This document shows positions 1 through 11,334 of a DNA stretch of 64,000 bases, piece by piece. The stretch is from Escherichia coli (GTDB lineage Bacteria; Pseudomonadota; Gammaproteobacteria; Enterobacterales; Enterobacteriaceae), in the NCBI RefSeq assembly GCF_003334355.1, contig NZ_QOWP01000004.1. The stretch is one strand, 5' to 3'. Numbering within the stretch: position 1 is the stretch's first letter; every line of letters begins with the position of its first letter. A model generated the notes under the pieces. That model was given only the letters and a program-made list of their open reading frames with translations, was not told where the DNA came from and did not search any database. A program made the position numbers and the translations under genes.

Positions 1-125
1 TGCAGTTGCCATGTTTTACGGCAGTGAGAGCAGAGATAGCGCTGATGTCCGGCAGTGCTTTTGCCGTTACGCACCACCCCGTCAGTAGCTGAACAGGAGG
101 GACAGCTGATAGAAACAGAAGCCAC
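1..125 (-). CDS. insA: IS1 InsA (N-terminal part, truncated by window edge)
   Basis: GTG start at 125..123; minus-strand translation [41 protein letters not shown] matches InsA. Confidence 0.85.
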   Translation of the reverse strand, partial: MASVSISCPSCSATDGVVRNGKSTAGHQRYLCSHCRKTWQL

Positions 126-180
126 TGGAGCACCTCAAAAACACCATCATACACTAAATCAGTAAGTTGGCAGCATCACC
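1..180 (-). mobile_element. IS1: IS1 insertion sequence, terminal ~180 bp (inverted repeat plus 5' part of insA); element continues beyond the window start
   Basis: Reverse complement of 1..180 reads GGTGATGCTGCCAACTTACTGAT... followed by the insA start, matching the IS1 left end as remembered; terminal repeat ends at 180. Confidence 0.85.
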
Positions 181-366
181 CGTTTTGTGAATAATGTTCA
201 CAATCCCTGCATTTTAAAATAATTTATAATGATGCAGCCCATAACATTAATCACGTGAATATAAAGATATTCCGTTAATAATTTTAGCTGCGGGTATTTA
301 TATCATAATAAATAAAGCCAATGGCAGAATATCTACCACTGGCTTTGTTTAAGAGTGGAAACCGAA

Positions 367-2313
367 TTAATTAGCAGAATCCGTATTATCTTTTTGGGGC
401 TTTGCCGCTTTTTTCACTCGTTTATTGGGTGCTTTTTTAACTGACTCCCCACCCGGTGCCACAATTCCTCTGAACTGCCTGACCGGAGTGCTACGCGCCT
501 GATCAATCAGTTGGTAAAGCGTCCCCACCAGCGGCTGCATAAAGTCCTGATAGCGACACTGCTTTTCGCTGATTTGCGTCAGCACCGATTCCCAGTGCGC
601 GGTCATGTCCGGTCGCGTAGCCATTTCTGGCAGCGAATGGAATAACGCTTTTCCGGCGTCGGTGGAGTGGATATAGCGCCCTTTTTTGGTGAGGAAACCA
701 CGCTTGAACAACAGTTCAATAATCCCGGCACGCGTTGCTTCTGTCCCCAGACCATCGGTCGCACGAAGGATCTTTTTCAGATCTTTGTCCTGCACAAAGC
801 GCGCGATCCCGGTCATCGCCGAAAGCAGTGTTGCATCGGTAAAATGGCGCGGCGGCTGGGTTTGCCGCTCTACCACTTCACCTTTTTCACACAGCAACTC
901 ATCGCCTTTCGCCACCACAGGCAGTGGCGTGCCGTCGTTTTCTTCATCGCGCTCTTTGCTGCCTAACAGCGTGCGCCAGCCTGCTTCAGCAAGAAAACGC
1001 GCTTTAGCGACAAATTTGCCTTTGGCAATGTCCAGTTCGATAACACACTTGCGGAACACCGCATCCGGGCAGAATTGCATCAGATACTGACGGGCAATCA
1101 GGTTATAGACCTTCGCTTCGTTCTCCGTCAGGTTGATCGCAGAACTCCGTGCGGTCGGAATGATGGCGTGGTGCGCATCGACCTTTTTGTCATCCCAACA
1201 GCGGTTGCGTATATCTGGATCTACCACTGGCTGCGGCAACAGATCCGGTGCATGAACACTGATGGCATTCATCACCGCGTGGCGTCCGGCAAAATGTTCT
1301 TCTGGCAAATAGCGACAATCAGAACGCGGATAAGTGATTAGCTTGTGCGTTTCGTACAGTTTCTGGCAGATATCAAGCACGTTCTGCGCGCTCAGACCAA
1401 AGCGTTTTGCCGCTTCAATCTGCAACGCCGAAAGCGAAAACGGCAGCGGCGCGGATTCTGATTCCCGTTTATCGTTATAGCTGGTGACAATAGCCGGTTG
1501 ACCACTAATGCGGTTAACCACATGCTCCGCCAGTGGACGATGTAACAAGCGCCCTTCTTCATCCTGGTACGGTTCACACGCTTCGCTCGGTTGCCAGATA
1601 GCGGTAAACCGCTCATCGGCAGGTGTCACGATATGCGCTTTGACTTCAAAGAAGTCTTTCGCCACGAAGTTTTCAATCTCTTCATCGCGGCGCACCACCA
1701 GCCCGAGCACGGGTGTCTGCACGCGCCCCACGGAAAGCACGCCCTGATAACCAGCATTGCGACCGAGAATGGTGTAAGCACGGGTCATATTGATGCCGTA
1801 CAGCCAGTCGGCACGCGCTCGCGCCAGCGCAGAAACGCACAGCGGTACAAACTCACTGTTGGAACGAAGACGGTCGATCGCCCGCTCAACCGCCTGCGGG
1901 TTCAGGTCGTTTATCAAGCAACGCTGCACCTGCTGGCGCTTTTCCGGTGCCAGTTGCAGATAGTCCAGCACTTCATCCACCAGCAATTGCCCTTCACGAT
2001 CCGGGTCCCCGGCGTGAACGATTTCGCTGGCTTCATGCAGGAACCGTTTGATGACGTTAAGTTGTTTGGTCACGGAGGGTCGGGGCAGTAATTGCCACTT
2101 TTCCGGGACAATCGGCAAATCCGCAAGATTCCAGCGCGCATAGCGGCTGTCGTAGGCGTCTGGCTGCGCCTGCTCAAGCAGGTGACCGATACACCAGGTC
2201 ACCACCTGACCATTACCGCACTCGATAAAGCCATCGCCTTTCCGGTGCGGTTTGGGCAGGACATCAGCAATGGCGCGCGCCAGACTCGGTTTTTCGGCAA
2301 TAAACAACCGCAT
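367..2313 (-). CDS. topB: DNA topoisomerase III
   Basis: ORF 367..2370; conserved N-terminus [19 protein letters not shown] begins at ATG 2313; [11 protein letters not shown] active-site Tyr region present. Gives 648 aa from this start; reference length not verified. Confidence 0.93.
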   Translation of the reverse strand: MRLFIAEKPSLARAIADVLPKPHRKGDGFIECGNGQVVTWCIGHLLEQAQPDAYDSRYARWNLADLPIVPEKWQLLPRPSVTKQLNVIKRFLHEASEIVHAGDPDREGQLLVDEVLDYLQLAPEKRQQVQRCLINDLNPQAVERAIDRLRSNSEFVPLCVSALARARADWLYGINMTRAYTILGRNAGYQGVLSVGRVQTPVLGLVVRRDEEIENFVAKDFFEVKAHIVTPADERFTAIWQPSEACEPYQDEEGRLLHRPLAEHVVNRISGQPAIVTSYNDKRESESAPLPFSLSALQIEAAKRFGLSAQNVLDICQKLYETHKLITYPRSDCRYLPEEHFAGRHAVMNAISVHAPDLLPQPVVDPDIRNRCWDDKKVDAHHAIIPTARSSAINLTENEAKVYNLIARQYLMQFCPDAVFRKCVIELDIAKGKFVAKARFLAEAGWRTLLGSKERDEENDGTPLPVVAKGDELLCEKGEVVERQTQPPRHFTDATLLSAMTGIARFVQDKDLKKILRATDGLGTEATRAGIIELLFKRGFLTKKGRYIHSTDAGKALFHSLPEMATRPDMTAHWESVLTQISEKQCRYQDFMQPLVGTLYQLIDQARSTPVRQFRGIVAPGGESVKKAPNKRVKKAAKPQKDNTDSAN

Positions 2314-2317
2314 TGAA

Positions 2318-3361
2318 TTAACGAATCTCAACCATGGCACGACCGCCGCGCGCTGGCACCAGTTCGCCAATTGCCGTCAGTTCAATGCCAAACTCGGCGG
2401 CTGTAGCTTTGACCTCATTTTCTGCTTCCGGCATGACCGCCAGCAGCAAACCGCCAGAAGTTTGCGGATCGCACAGCAGATCGCGCACTTCACGCGGCAT
2501 TTCACCCATCAGATGACCGTAGCTGGCAAAGTTACGTTCAGTGCCGCCAGGTACTGCGCCCAACTTAATGTACTCTTCAACACCGGGGAGTTTCGGGATC
2601 GCTTCATAGTCGACGCGTGCCTGCACACCAGCCCCCTGACACATTTCGCTCAAGTGGCCCAGCAGACCAAAGCCCGTAACGTCGGTCATCGCTTTTACGC
2701 CTTCGATGTTGGCAAAGGACGCGCCTGCGATGTTCATCCGGCACATCACTTCCGTCGCCAGTCCCTGATGTTCTGGTTTCAACAGTGATTTTTTCTCAGC
2801 CGTGGTAAGAACGCCGATCCCCAGCGGTTTCGTCAGGAACAGTTTGCATCCGGCTTGTGCGGTACTGTTTTTCTTCACCCGCTCGGTCGGTACGATCCCC
2901 GTTACCGCCAGACCAAAAATCGGCTCCGGCGCATCGATGGAGTGACCGCCAGCCAGCGCAATACCCGCCTGACGACATGCATAGCGTCCACCTTCGGTCA
3001 CTTCGCGGGCAATTTCCGGGGAAAGTTTGTTAATCGGCCAGCCGAGGATCGCAATCGCCATAATCGGTTTGCCCCCCATCGCGAAGATATCGCTGATGGC
3101 GTTAGTCGCCGCAATGCGGCCAAAATCGAAAGGATTATCAACGATCGGCATAAAGAAGTCGGTGGTACTGATAACGCTGGTGCCATTGCCCAGATCGTAC
3201 ACCGCCGCATCGTCGCGGGTTTCATTACCCACAAGCAAATTCGGATCAACAAACTTCGCCTGCTCACTGTGCAGGATGGTTTCCAACACTTTTGGGGAAA
3301 TTTTACAGCCGCAACCAGCTCCGTGGCTGTATTGGGTCAAACGAATCGAGTTCTCGCTCAT
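2318..3361 (-). CDS. selD: Selenide, water dikinase (selenophosphate synthetase)
   Basis: [24 protein letters not shown]-terminus, 347 aa from second ATG; stop lies 4 nt from the topB start (operon arrangement). Confidence 0.95.
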
Positions 3362-3477
3362 GGACATCTCCTGTCAATGCAATCCGGGTATGGTAACCCT
3401 CATTCCGTGAAGTGATAAGTGAGAGTGTCTGAATTCCTGCGCCTTTGCTCACAATCCAGACAGTTTCGCGACAATTA

Positions 3478-4029
3478 TCAGAAATAAGTTACAAACGGCG
3501 TCGGGTCCGGGACGTTAATCGACGTAGATGCTTTCAGCTGCGGCGTACCGAGGTAGAGAAAACCGACAATTTTATCCTGCTCACGGCAACCGAATGCTTC
3601 ACGCACTACCGGACTTTCAGTTAATGCGCCACTGCGCCAGATGCCGCCAAACCCCTGGGCAACTGCTGCCATTTGCATCGCCATGACCGCGCATCCGGCA
3701 GACATTTCCTGTTCCCAGCGCGGGACTTTATGATTCTCTTCGCATTTCGCCACCACCGTGATGATGAGCGGTGCGCGGAACGGCGCATTACGGGCTTTGT
3801 CGATAGCTTTGTCATCACTACCGGCAGCAATCGCCCCCTGTTCCAGTACGGCGCTGAAACGCTCGCGCCCTTCCCCTTCAATCACAAAAAAATGCCACGG
3901 TTGCATGGACTTATGGTCCGGCGCACGCATACCCGCACGCAGGATGTTTTGCAGTTGTTCACCCGTTGGCGCGGGTTCAGCCAAGCGGGAGGCGCTACGG
4001 CGATTGATCAATAGTTCGAGTGCATCCAT
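3478..4029 (-). CDS. ydjA: Nitroreductase-family protein YdjA
   Basis: 183 aa ORF matching YdjA length and sequence. Confidence 0.92.
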   Translation of the reverse strand: MDALELLINRRSASRLAEPAPTGEQLQNILRAGMRAPDHKSMQPWHFFVIEGEGRERFSAVLEQGAIAAGSDDKAIDKARNAPFRAPLIITVVAKCEENHKVPRWEQEMSAGCAVMAMQMAAVAQGFGGIWRSGALTESPVVREAFGCREQDKIVGFLYLGTPQLKASTSINVPDPTPFVTYF

Positions 4030-4189
4030 TTGATTAACTCCTGTCGTGATATTTATTCACAAAATTAACACGAGAGTGGATTTTGTTACAGCACAGTCCG
4101 CAATTCCTGCTGACAAGTACCGGTTGGGTCATTACGATAACCACATCTATTGCGCCTGTGACAGGTGTGACCTTAAGTTGGGAGAATAC

Positions 4190-6046
4190 ATGCGAACCCT
4201 TTGGCGATTTATTGCCGGATTTTTTAAATGGACGTGGCGTCTGCTGAATTTCGTCCGTGAAATGGTACTTAACCTGTTCTTTATTTTCCTCGTACTGGTT
4301 GGTGTGGGGATTTGGATGCAGGTCAGTGGTGGTGATTCGAAAGAAACGGCCAGTCGTGGCGCACTGCTGCTGGACATTTCTGGTGTGATCGTCGATAAAC
4401 CCGACAGTTCTCAGCGGTTTAGTAAATTAAGCCGCCAGCTGCTTGGTGCCAGTTCCGATCGTCTGCAGGAAAACTCACTGTTTGATATCGTCAACACTAT
4501 TCGCCAGGCGAAGGACGACCGCAATATCACCGGTATTGTGATGGATCTGAAAAACTTCGCAGGCGGCGACCAACCGTCTATGCAGTACATCGGCAAAGCT
4601 CTGAAAGAGTTTCGTGACAGCGGGAAACCGGTTTATGCCGTTGGCGAGAACTACAGCCAGGGGCAATATTATCTCGCCAGTTTCGCCAATAAAATTTGGC
4701 TGTCTCCGCAAGGCGTGGTTGATCTGCACGGCTTTGCCACCAACGGTCTGTACTACAAATCGTTGCTGGATAAGCTGAAAGTTTCCACCCATGTGTTCCG
4801 CGTGGGTACGTATAAATCTGCCGTTGAACCGTTTATTCGTGATGATATGTCACCGGCAGCCCGCGAAGCTGACAGCCGCTGGATTGGTGAGCTGTGGCAA
4901 AACTATCTGAATACTGTTGCCGCTAACCGGCAGATCCCTGCTGAGCAGGTATTCCCTGGCGCGCAAGGGTTGCTTGAGGGTTTAACCAAAACCGGTGGCG
5001 ATACCGCGAAATATGCACTGGAAAACAAGCTGGTCGATGCACTGGCATCGAGTGCGGAAATCGAAAAAGCACTGACCAAAGAATTCGGCTGGAGTAAGAC
5101 TGATAAAAATTATCGCGCCATCAGTTATTACGATTACGCATTGAAAACGCCGGCAGATACCGGTGACAGCATCGGTGTCGTCTTTGCTAATGGCGCAATT
5201 ATGGATGGCGAGGAAACTCAGGGGAATGTTGGCGGTGATACCACTGCGGCACAAATCCGCGACGCTCGCCTTGACCCGAAAGTGAAAGCGATTGTCCTGC
5301 GTGTTAATAGCCCAGGCGGCAGCGTTACCGCGTCTGAAGTGATTCGCGCTGAACTGGCAGCAGCCCGGGCAGCGGGTAAGCCTGTGGTTGTATCGATGGG
5401 CGGCATGGCGGCATCTGGTGGTTACTGGATTTCCACGCCAGCTAATTACATTGTGGCTAACCCCAGCACCCTGACCGGTTCTATCGGTATCTTCGGCGTG
5501 ATCACCACCGTAGAAAATAGTCTGGATTCGATTGGTGTTCATACCGATGGTGTCTCAACTTCACCGCTGGCAGATGTTTCTATCACCAGGGCACTGCCGC
5601 CGGAAGCACAGCAGATGATGCAGTTAAGCATTGAGAATGGCTATAAACGCTTTATCACGCTGGTTGCTGATGCGCGTCATTCGACGCCGGAGCAGATTGA
5701 TAAAATCGCCCAGGGCCACGTCTGGACCGGTCAGGATGCAAAAGCTAACGGGCTGGTCGATAGCCTCGGGGATTTCGATGATGCAGTTGCCAAAGCAGCA
5801 GAGCTGGCAAAAGTGAAACAGTGGCATCTGGAATACTACGTTGATGAACCGACCTTCTTCGACAAAGTGATGGACAACATGTCTGGTTCTGTCCGGGCAA
5901 TGTTGCCAGATGCGTTCCAGGCCATGTTACCTGCACCGCTGGCCTCGGTAGCCTCTACTGTTAAAAGTGAAAGCGACAAGCTGGCCGCGTTTAACGACCC
6001 ACAAAACCGTTATGCGTTTTGCCTGACCTGCGCCAACGTGCGTTAA
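4190..6046 (+). CDS. sppA: Signal peptide peptidase A (protease IV)
   Basis: ORF 4046..6046; ATG at 4190 preceded by GGAG gives the 618 aa SppA beginning [14 protein letters not shown]. Confidence 0.93.
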
Positions 6047-6212
6047 GTCTTGTACTGAGTGGCCGACAGATCGTCGGCCACATTATTTTTTACGTCGACG
6101 AATCCTCTTCCCGCTGTCTCGCCCCATATTTCCTTATCCGCATAGTATCAGGTGCGCTCCTCCTGCCTCACGTATATACTTTTGCTCTTTCGATATCATT
6201 CATATCAATATC

Positions 6213-7229
6213 ATGCAAAAGAAATCAATTTACGTCGCCTACACGGGCGGGACCATCGGGATGCAGCGTTCCGAGCAGGGTTATATTCCGGTGTCAGGTC
6301 ATCTACAACGCCAACTGGCGCTGATGCCGGAATTCCATCGCCCGGAGATGCCAGATTTCACCATTCATGAATATATGCCGCTGATGGATTCTTCTGATAT
6401 GACGCCAGAAGACTGGCAGCATATTGCTGAAGATATTAAAGCGCACTATGACGACTATGATGGTTTTGTCATTCTGCACGGCACCGACACGATGGCGTAT
6501 ACCGCCTCTGCGCTGTCGTTCATGCTCGAAAATCTCGGTAAACCGGTCATTGTGACAGGGTCACAAATCCCGCTGGCTGAGTTACGCTCTGACGGACAAA
6601 TTAATCTGCTGAATGCGTTGTACGTTGCGGCGAATTATCCGATCAACGAAGTAACGCTCTTTTTTAATAATCGACTGTATCGCGGCAACCGCACCACCAA
6701 AGCCCATGCCGATGGTTTTGATGCGTTTGCCTCTCCAAACCTTCCTCCGTTACTGGAAGCAGGTATCCATATACGTCGTTTGAATACGCCACCCGCCCCG
6801 CACGGTGAAGGGGAATTGATCGTTCATCCAATCACGCCACAACCAATTGGCGTAGTGACGATTTATCCGGGGATTTCTGCTGACGTCGTGCGCAATTTTC
6901 TGCGCCAACCGGTGAAAGCATTGATTCTGCGCTCATATGGCGTGGGTAATGCGCCACAAAACAAAGCCTTCCTGCAGGAATTACAAGAAGCCAGCGATCG
7001 CGGTATTGTGGTGGTCAACCTGACACAATGTATGTCCGGTAAAGTGAACATGGGTGGTTATGCCACCGGTAACGCCCTCGCCCATGCCGGCGTTATTGGC
7101 GGTGCAGATATGACTGTAGAAGCCACGCTAACCAAACTGCATTACCTGCTGAGCCAGGAACTGGATACTGAAACCATTCGCAAGGCCATGAGCCAAAACC
7201 TGCGCGGCGAACTGACGCCGGATGATTAA
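6213..7229 (+). CDS. ansA: Cytoplasmic L-asparaginase I
   Basis: 338 aa; TGGTIGM threonine motif near the N-terminus. Confidence 0.95.
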   Translation: MQKKSIYVAYTGGTIGMQRSEQGYIPVSGHLQRQLALMPEFHRPEMPDFTIHEYMPLMDSSDMTPEDWQHIAEDIKAHYDDYDGFVILHGTDTMAYTASALSFMLENLGKPVIVTGSQIPLAELRSDGQINLLNALYVAANYPINEVTLFFNNRLYRGNRTTKAHADGFDAFASPNLPPLLEAGIHIRRLNTPPAPHGEGELIVHPITPQPIGVVTIYPGISADVVRNFLRQPVKALILRSYGVGNAPQNKAFLQELQEASDRGIVVVNLTQCMSGKVNMGGYATGNALAHAGVIGGADMTVEATLTKLHYLLSQELDTETIRKAMSQNLRGELTPDD

Positions 7230-7239
7230 GGAGACTGCA

Positions 7240-7881
7240 ATGCCCCCTCGCGCCCTGTTACTGGTCGATTTACAAAATGATTTCTGTGCTGGTGGCGCGC
7301 TCGCCGTGCCGGAAGGTGACAGTACGGTGGATGTCGCTAACCGCCTGATTGACTGGTGCCAGTCGCGCGGTGAAGCGGTTATCGCCAGTCAGGACTGGCA
7401 CCCGGCGAATCACGGCAGTTTTGCCAGTCAGCACGGTGTCGAGCCTTATACGCCAGGCCAACTCGACGGTTTGCCACAAACCTTCTGGCCAGATCACTGT
7501 GTGCAGAACAGTGAAGGCGCACAATTACATCCGTTACTGAACCAAAAAGCGATCGCAGCGGTGTTCCATAAAGGCGAAAATCCTTTAGTTGACAGTTACA
7601 GTGCCTTTTTTGATAACGGCCGTCGGCAGAAAACCTCGCTCGATGACTGGTTGCGCGATCATGAAATCGATGAATTGATCGTTATGGGCCTGGCTACTGA
7701 CTATTGCGTGAAGTTTACCGTGCTGGACGCGTTACAGTTAGGTTATAAGGTGAACGTGATTACCGATGGTTGTCGTGGCGTGAATATCCAGCCCCAGGAC
7801 AGTGCGCACGCGTTTATGGAGATGTCAGCAGCTGGGGCAACGCTATATACGCTGGCAGACTGGGAAGAGACGCAGGGGTAA
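7240..7881 (+). CDS. pncA: Nicotinamidase / pyrazinamidase
   Basis: ORF 7222..7881; ATG 7240 gives 213 aa MPPRALLLVDLQNDFC; isochorismatase-fold motifs including catalytic Cys (TDYCV). Confidence 0.93.
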   Translation: MPPRALLLVDLQNDFCAGGALAVPEGDSTVDVANRLIDWCQSRGEAVIASQDWHPANHGSFASQHGVEPYTPGQLDGLPQTFWPDHCVQNSEGAQLHPLLNQKAIAAVFHKGENPLVDSYSAFFDNGRRQKTSLDDWLRDHEIDELIVMGLATDYCVKFTVLDALQLGYKVNVITDGCRGVNIQPQDSAHAFMEMSAAGATLYTLADWEETQG

Positions 7882-7890
7882 TTTTACGCT

Positions 7891-7921
7891 GGCCTACAAT
7901 TCTGTACTGGCATTGTAGGCC
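7891..7921. terminator. Inverted repeat between convergent pncA and ydjE (possible bidirectional terminator)
   Basis: ggcctacaat ... attgtaggcc 10-bp inverted repeat followed by A/T-rich tract. Confidence 0.5.
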
Positions 7922-7973
7922 AAATAAAACACGTCAGTGGTACATCTGGCAATTGATGCCATCAACGAAAGAT

Positions 7974-9332
7974 TTAATTCACCTCAGAAATCTCTTCCAA
8001 CGACACCTTCCGCGTTTCGATGCCAAAAATGGAGAGAACCAGCGCACAGAGCAATAACATGACACCAAGCACCATAAACACCGTGATCGACCCATAATGT
8101 GTTAATAATGCCGCAACGCCATAGGGCGTGAAAACTGCGACGACCCGTCCGACGGCATTAACGAAACCCGAACCGCGCAGGCGTAAATGCGTTGGCCAAA
8201 GCTCCGGGATATAAACCGCCGACGCGAAGCAAACATACATGTATAAAAAGAAGATCATCACCAGACCATAGATTAAAATCGCCCACTCTGTAGTCTGAAT
8301 TGAATAGATATAGCCTAACACGGCAATAATAATAAGTAAGGCGGAGCCAAATAATCGACGAGGAAAATGATCAATAATTAATGCCGCAATAAATATTCCT
8401 ACCGGAGCGCCAATCATAATAACAGCGGTCATTAATATTGATTTATCGACATCAATGCCGGAGTTAACAAATATGGTCGGTATCCATACGGTGATGGTAT
8501 AAAGCGAAATGTTCATTGCAATTAAAACAGTAATCGCGACTAATGTACGTCGTAACATTTCCCCTTTAAACAGGAGCCAGAAGGTACCCTTGATTACCTT
8601 AACCTTGCTGTTGCTCTGGTTCAAAGTAAGCTGGGGTAAACGAATACTCTTCTCTCTTTCAATTTGCTGCTCTACTTCACGAAGTTGGCTTTCTGCACCG
8701 GCGATTTGCCCTTTCCCTGCCAGCCATCGTGGCGACTCAATAAAGTATTTACCTGAGAGAAGCCAGGCTAACAGTATGCCAATACCCCCCAACAGAAACA
8801 TTATCCGCCAACTAAAAAAAGCGATAACCACCACGCCTATCGCCGCAGATAGCATGGGCGACCAGTTACCAACAAATGAGAGCCGCGCGGACCATTTTCC
8901 ACGCACCGTCGCGGGGATAAACTCCGTAAATGAGGCATAGCCAACCATAATCAGCGCCCCCATTCCTGTTCCCATGAGGAAGCGAAAGAAAATGAGCCAG
9001 TACATATCAGGGACAAAAGCGGCCCCTGTTGCAGCAATTCCGACGATGAGAAGATTTATGCGAAACGCCCTGCGCCGCCCAAAGTAGTCACCAATAAACC
9101 CACCAGTAAGTGAGCCGATGAAATAACCAAACATTAATGCCGAGGTAAAGGCGGCATTGAGGAAATTATTTGACCATCCATTGCTTACCAGCTTTGCTAA
9201 GACGACATTACCTGAGTAACTCAAAAACCCCGTTAATAACAGACTAAAGCTTATTATACCAAATATACGATAATGAAACCGGGCCAAAGGCAAGCGGTCC
9301 AGTCTTGCGCCAATTTGATCATATTGTTCCAT
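7974..9332 (-). CDS. ydjE: MFS-family transporter YdjE
   Basis: ORF 7974..9437 (TTG-initiated in the track); internal ATG at 9332 gives 452 aa MEQYDQIGARLDRL; multiple predicted TM segments. Confidence 0.9.
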   Translation of the reverse strand: MEQYDQIGARLDRLPLARFHYRIFGIISFSLLLTGFLSYSGNVVLAKLVSNGWSNNFLNAAFTSALMFGYFIGSLTGGFIGDYFGRRRAFRINLLIVGIAATGAAFVPDMYWLIFFRFLMGTGMGALIMVGYASFTEFIPATVRGKWSARLSFVGNWSPMLSAAIGVVVIAFFSWRIMFLLGGIGILLAWLLSGKYFIESPRWLAGKGQIAGAESQLREVEQQIEREKSIRLPQLTLNQSNSKVKVIKGTFWLLFKGEMLRRTLVAITVLIAMNISLYTITVWIPTIFVNSGIDVDKSILMTAVIMIGAPVGIFIAALIIDHFPRRLFGSALLIIIAVLGYIYSIQTTEWAILIYGLVMIFFLYMYVCFASAVYIPELWPTHLRLRGSGFVNAVGRVVAVFTPYGVAALLTHYGSITVFMVLGVMLLLCALVLSIFGIETRKVSLEEISEVN

Positions 9333-9449
9333 TGGGTGCCTCGGATTTGCTAAAAAAGGTAGCAATTGCGGCAAATTCACTTGCCGCATCTTTATCATCA
9401 TTTTATTTCCAGGCGCAGGAACAAATAATATTGACAACGTGTGCTTAAA

Positions 9450-10208
9450 TTACCACACCAGCTGGATATTATTGTCTTTGCAAAATGCTATCCACTCTGC
9501 ACCCGGTGATTTATCAGTTATTATGTAATTAATATGACTAAAGTCAGCTAACTGGACAAAAGCTTTACGATCAAACTTAGAGTGATCAACCAATAACACA
9601 ACTTCTGTCGCCTGACGGATCATTGTCTTTTTGATTTCAGCTTCCGCTTCATTAGAGTCCAGCGCGCCGCTGTTAATATCAAGACCTTTACAACTCATTA
9701 CCATGATATCGACATGGTAGCGGCTGATGATCTCTTTAGTAATTCTTCCTTGCAGGGAAAGTGTATTTTTGTTTAGTTCCCCACCCGTTGAAACGACTTT
9801 AATTTCTGACTGAGCCAGAACATGAATCGCTTCCGCCGAGTTGGTTAGCAACGTCAGGTCACTACGGTCCTGTAACAATTTGAGCAATTCCATTACGGTA
9901 CTACTGGAATCGGCTGCCATGGTGGTTTTATTGTCGATAAAGGGTAGTGCCTTGCGTGCAATAAGCTGCTTCTCTTCATAAAACGATGAAGCGCGCTTAT
10001 AAAAATGGATATTCTCCGTCAACATCGCTGTATTTAAAACAGCACCACCATAGGTTCTGGTCAAAAAGCCTTCATCTTCCAGCTTCTCAAGATCGCGGCG
10101 AATGGTTTCTTCGGTTACCTGAAAAATCCCACTCAAATTTGAGACTGTCACCTTTTTATCGTTGGCAACCATTTGCTTAATTGCCTGAATCCTGTCTTTT
10201 GCCGCCAC
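9450..10208 (-). CDS. ydjF: DeoR-family transcriptional regulator YdjF
   Basis: 252 aa; N-terminal helix-turn-helix and C-terminal sugar-phosphate sensor typical of DeoR regulators. Confidence 0.92.
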   Translation of the reverse strand: MAAKDRIQAIKQMVANDKKVTVSNLSGIFQVTEETIRRDLEKLEDEGFLTRTYGGAVLNTAMLTENIHFYKRASSFYEEKQLIARKALPFIDNKTTMAADSSSTVMELLKLLQDRSDLTLLTNSAEAIHVLAQSEIKVVSTGGELNKNTLSLQGRITKEIISRYHVDIMVMSCKGLDINSGALDSNEAEAEIKKTMIRQATEVVLLVDHSKFDRKAFVQLADFSHINYIITDKSPGAEWIAFCKDNNIQLVW

Positions 10209-10344
10209 GATTACACCCCTGTATCTTTTTACATCACATTAGCGCGATTATCGCATAACCGATGTTTACTTTCAAAATAACCTGTTTGAATCACAGATTT
10301 TCATCACAGTTTTCACAGAAACAGAGGTGAATCGTGTTGAGTAT

Positions 10345-11325
10345 TTAACGCTCCAGGGCCTCTGCCATTTCCCTCATCAATGTTGCGTCTGCATCCGATA
10401 AGTTGATAATCAGTGCCGCGACATTTTCGCGTACCTGTTCCGGTGCAGTAGCCCCACTAAGAATGGAGATTAAATCACTCTGTTTTAATATCCACGCCAG
10501 TGCCAGAGTGGGAATTGTGCACTGATAACGAGCACAAAGTGGCTGCCACTGTTCAAGCATATCAATCACTTTCAGCATGTTTTCACGCTGGAACCAGACT
10601 TTATTTGCCCGAGCGCCGCCCGGAACGTAATCACGAGTGATGGTGCCGGTCAACAATCCCTGCTCTAGCGGGGAATAAACCTGAACCACAATGCCATTAT
10701 CACGACATAGCGGCAGCAGTTCGTTTTCCATTGCCCGGTCGAGGATACTGTATTTCGCCTGAATAATATCCAGTTCACCATATTGCAGATACTCGCGGAT
10801 ATGGTCAGCATCGACGTTAGCAGCGCCTATCGCGCGAATTTTCCCTTCGGCTTTTAACTCATTAAGCACTGCGACAGTTTCAGCTATCGGCGTAAAAAAT
10901 GGCGGCACCGACTGCCAGTGCGTCATGTAGATATCGATGTAATCAATACCCAGACGTTGCAAGCTGGCTTCTACCTCTTCGCGGATAGATTCCGGGGAAA
11001 GGTTTTTATACAACTGCCGATCGCCAACTTTGTTGAATAAACTTCCTTTTCGTTCCCAGACAATGCCGCATTTGGTTTCTACTACAACCTGTTCACGGGG
11101 CAGTTTTTTTAACGCCTGACCGACGATAACTTCACTATTGCCAAAGTTATATCCTGGCGCAGTATCAATCAGATTAATGCCACAACGATGGGCTTCAAGA
11201 ATCGTATCAATACATATTTGCCGATCGAGATCGCCATTCCATGCAGGACCGCCGCCAATGGCCCATGTCCCCAACCCCATTCGCGAAAGCGTAATATCCG
11301 TTGTGCCTAAAGGTATCTTTTTCAT
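10345..11325 (-). CDS. ydjG: Aldo-keto reductase YdjG
   Basis: 326 aa aldo-keto reductase ORF. Confidence 0.92.
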   Translation of the reverse strand: MKKIPLGTTDITLSRMGLGTWAIGGGPAWNGDLDRQICIDTILEAHRCGINLIDTAPGYNFGNSEVIVGQALKKLPREQVVVETKCGIVWERKGSLFNKVGDRQLYKNLSPESIREEVEASLQRLGIDYIDIYMTHWQSVPPFFTPIAETVAVLNELKAEGKIRAIGAANVDADHIREYLQYGELDIIQAKYSILDRAMENELLPLCRDNGIVVQVYSPLEQGLLTGTITRDYVPGGARANKVWFQRENMLKVIDMLEQWQPLCARYQCTIPTLALAWILKQSDLISILSGATAPEQVRENVAALIINLSDADATLMREMAEALER

Positions 11326-11334
11326 TTGCCTTCA

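Noticed and set aside
667-2091. Several plus-strand ORFs (667..966, 686..1090, 1075..1341, 1591..2091) inside topB
   Set aside because: Antisense shadow ORFs within a well-supported conserved gene; no RBS and no recognisable domains.
367-2370. Possible length discrepancy for TopB (648 aa from the MRLF start versus about 653 aa as I recall)
   Set aside because: I cannot verify the reference length or C-terminus from memory, and the ORF is uninterrupted with intact motifs; not flagged.
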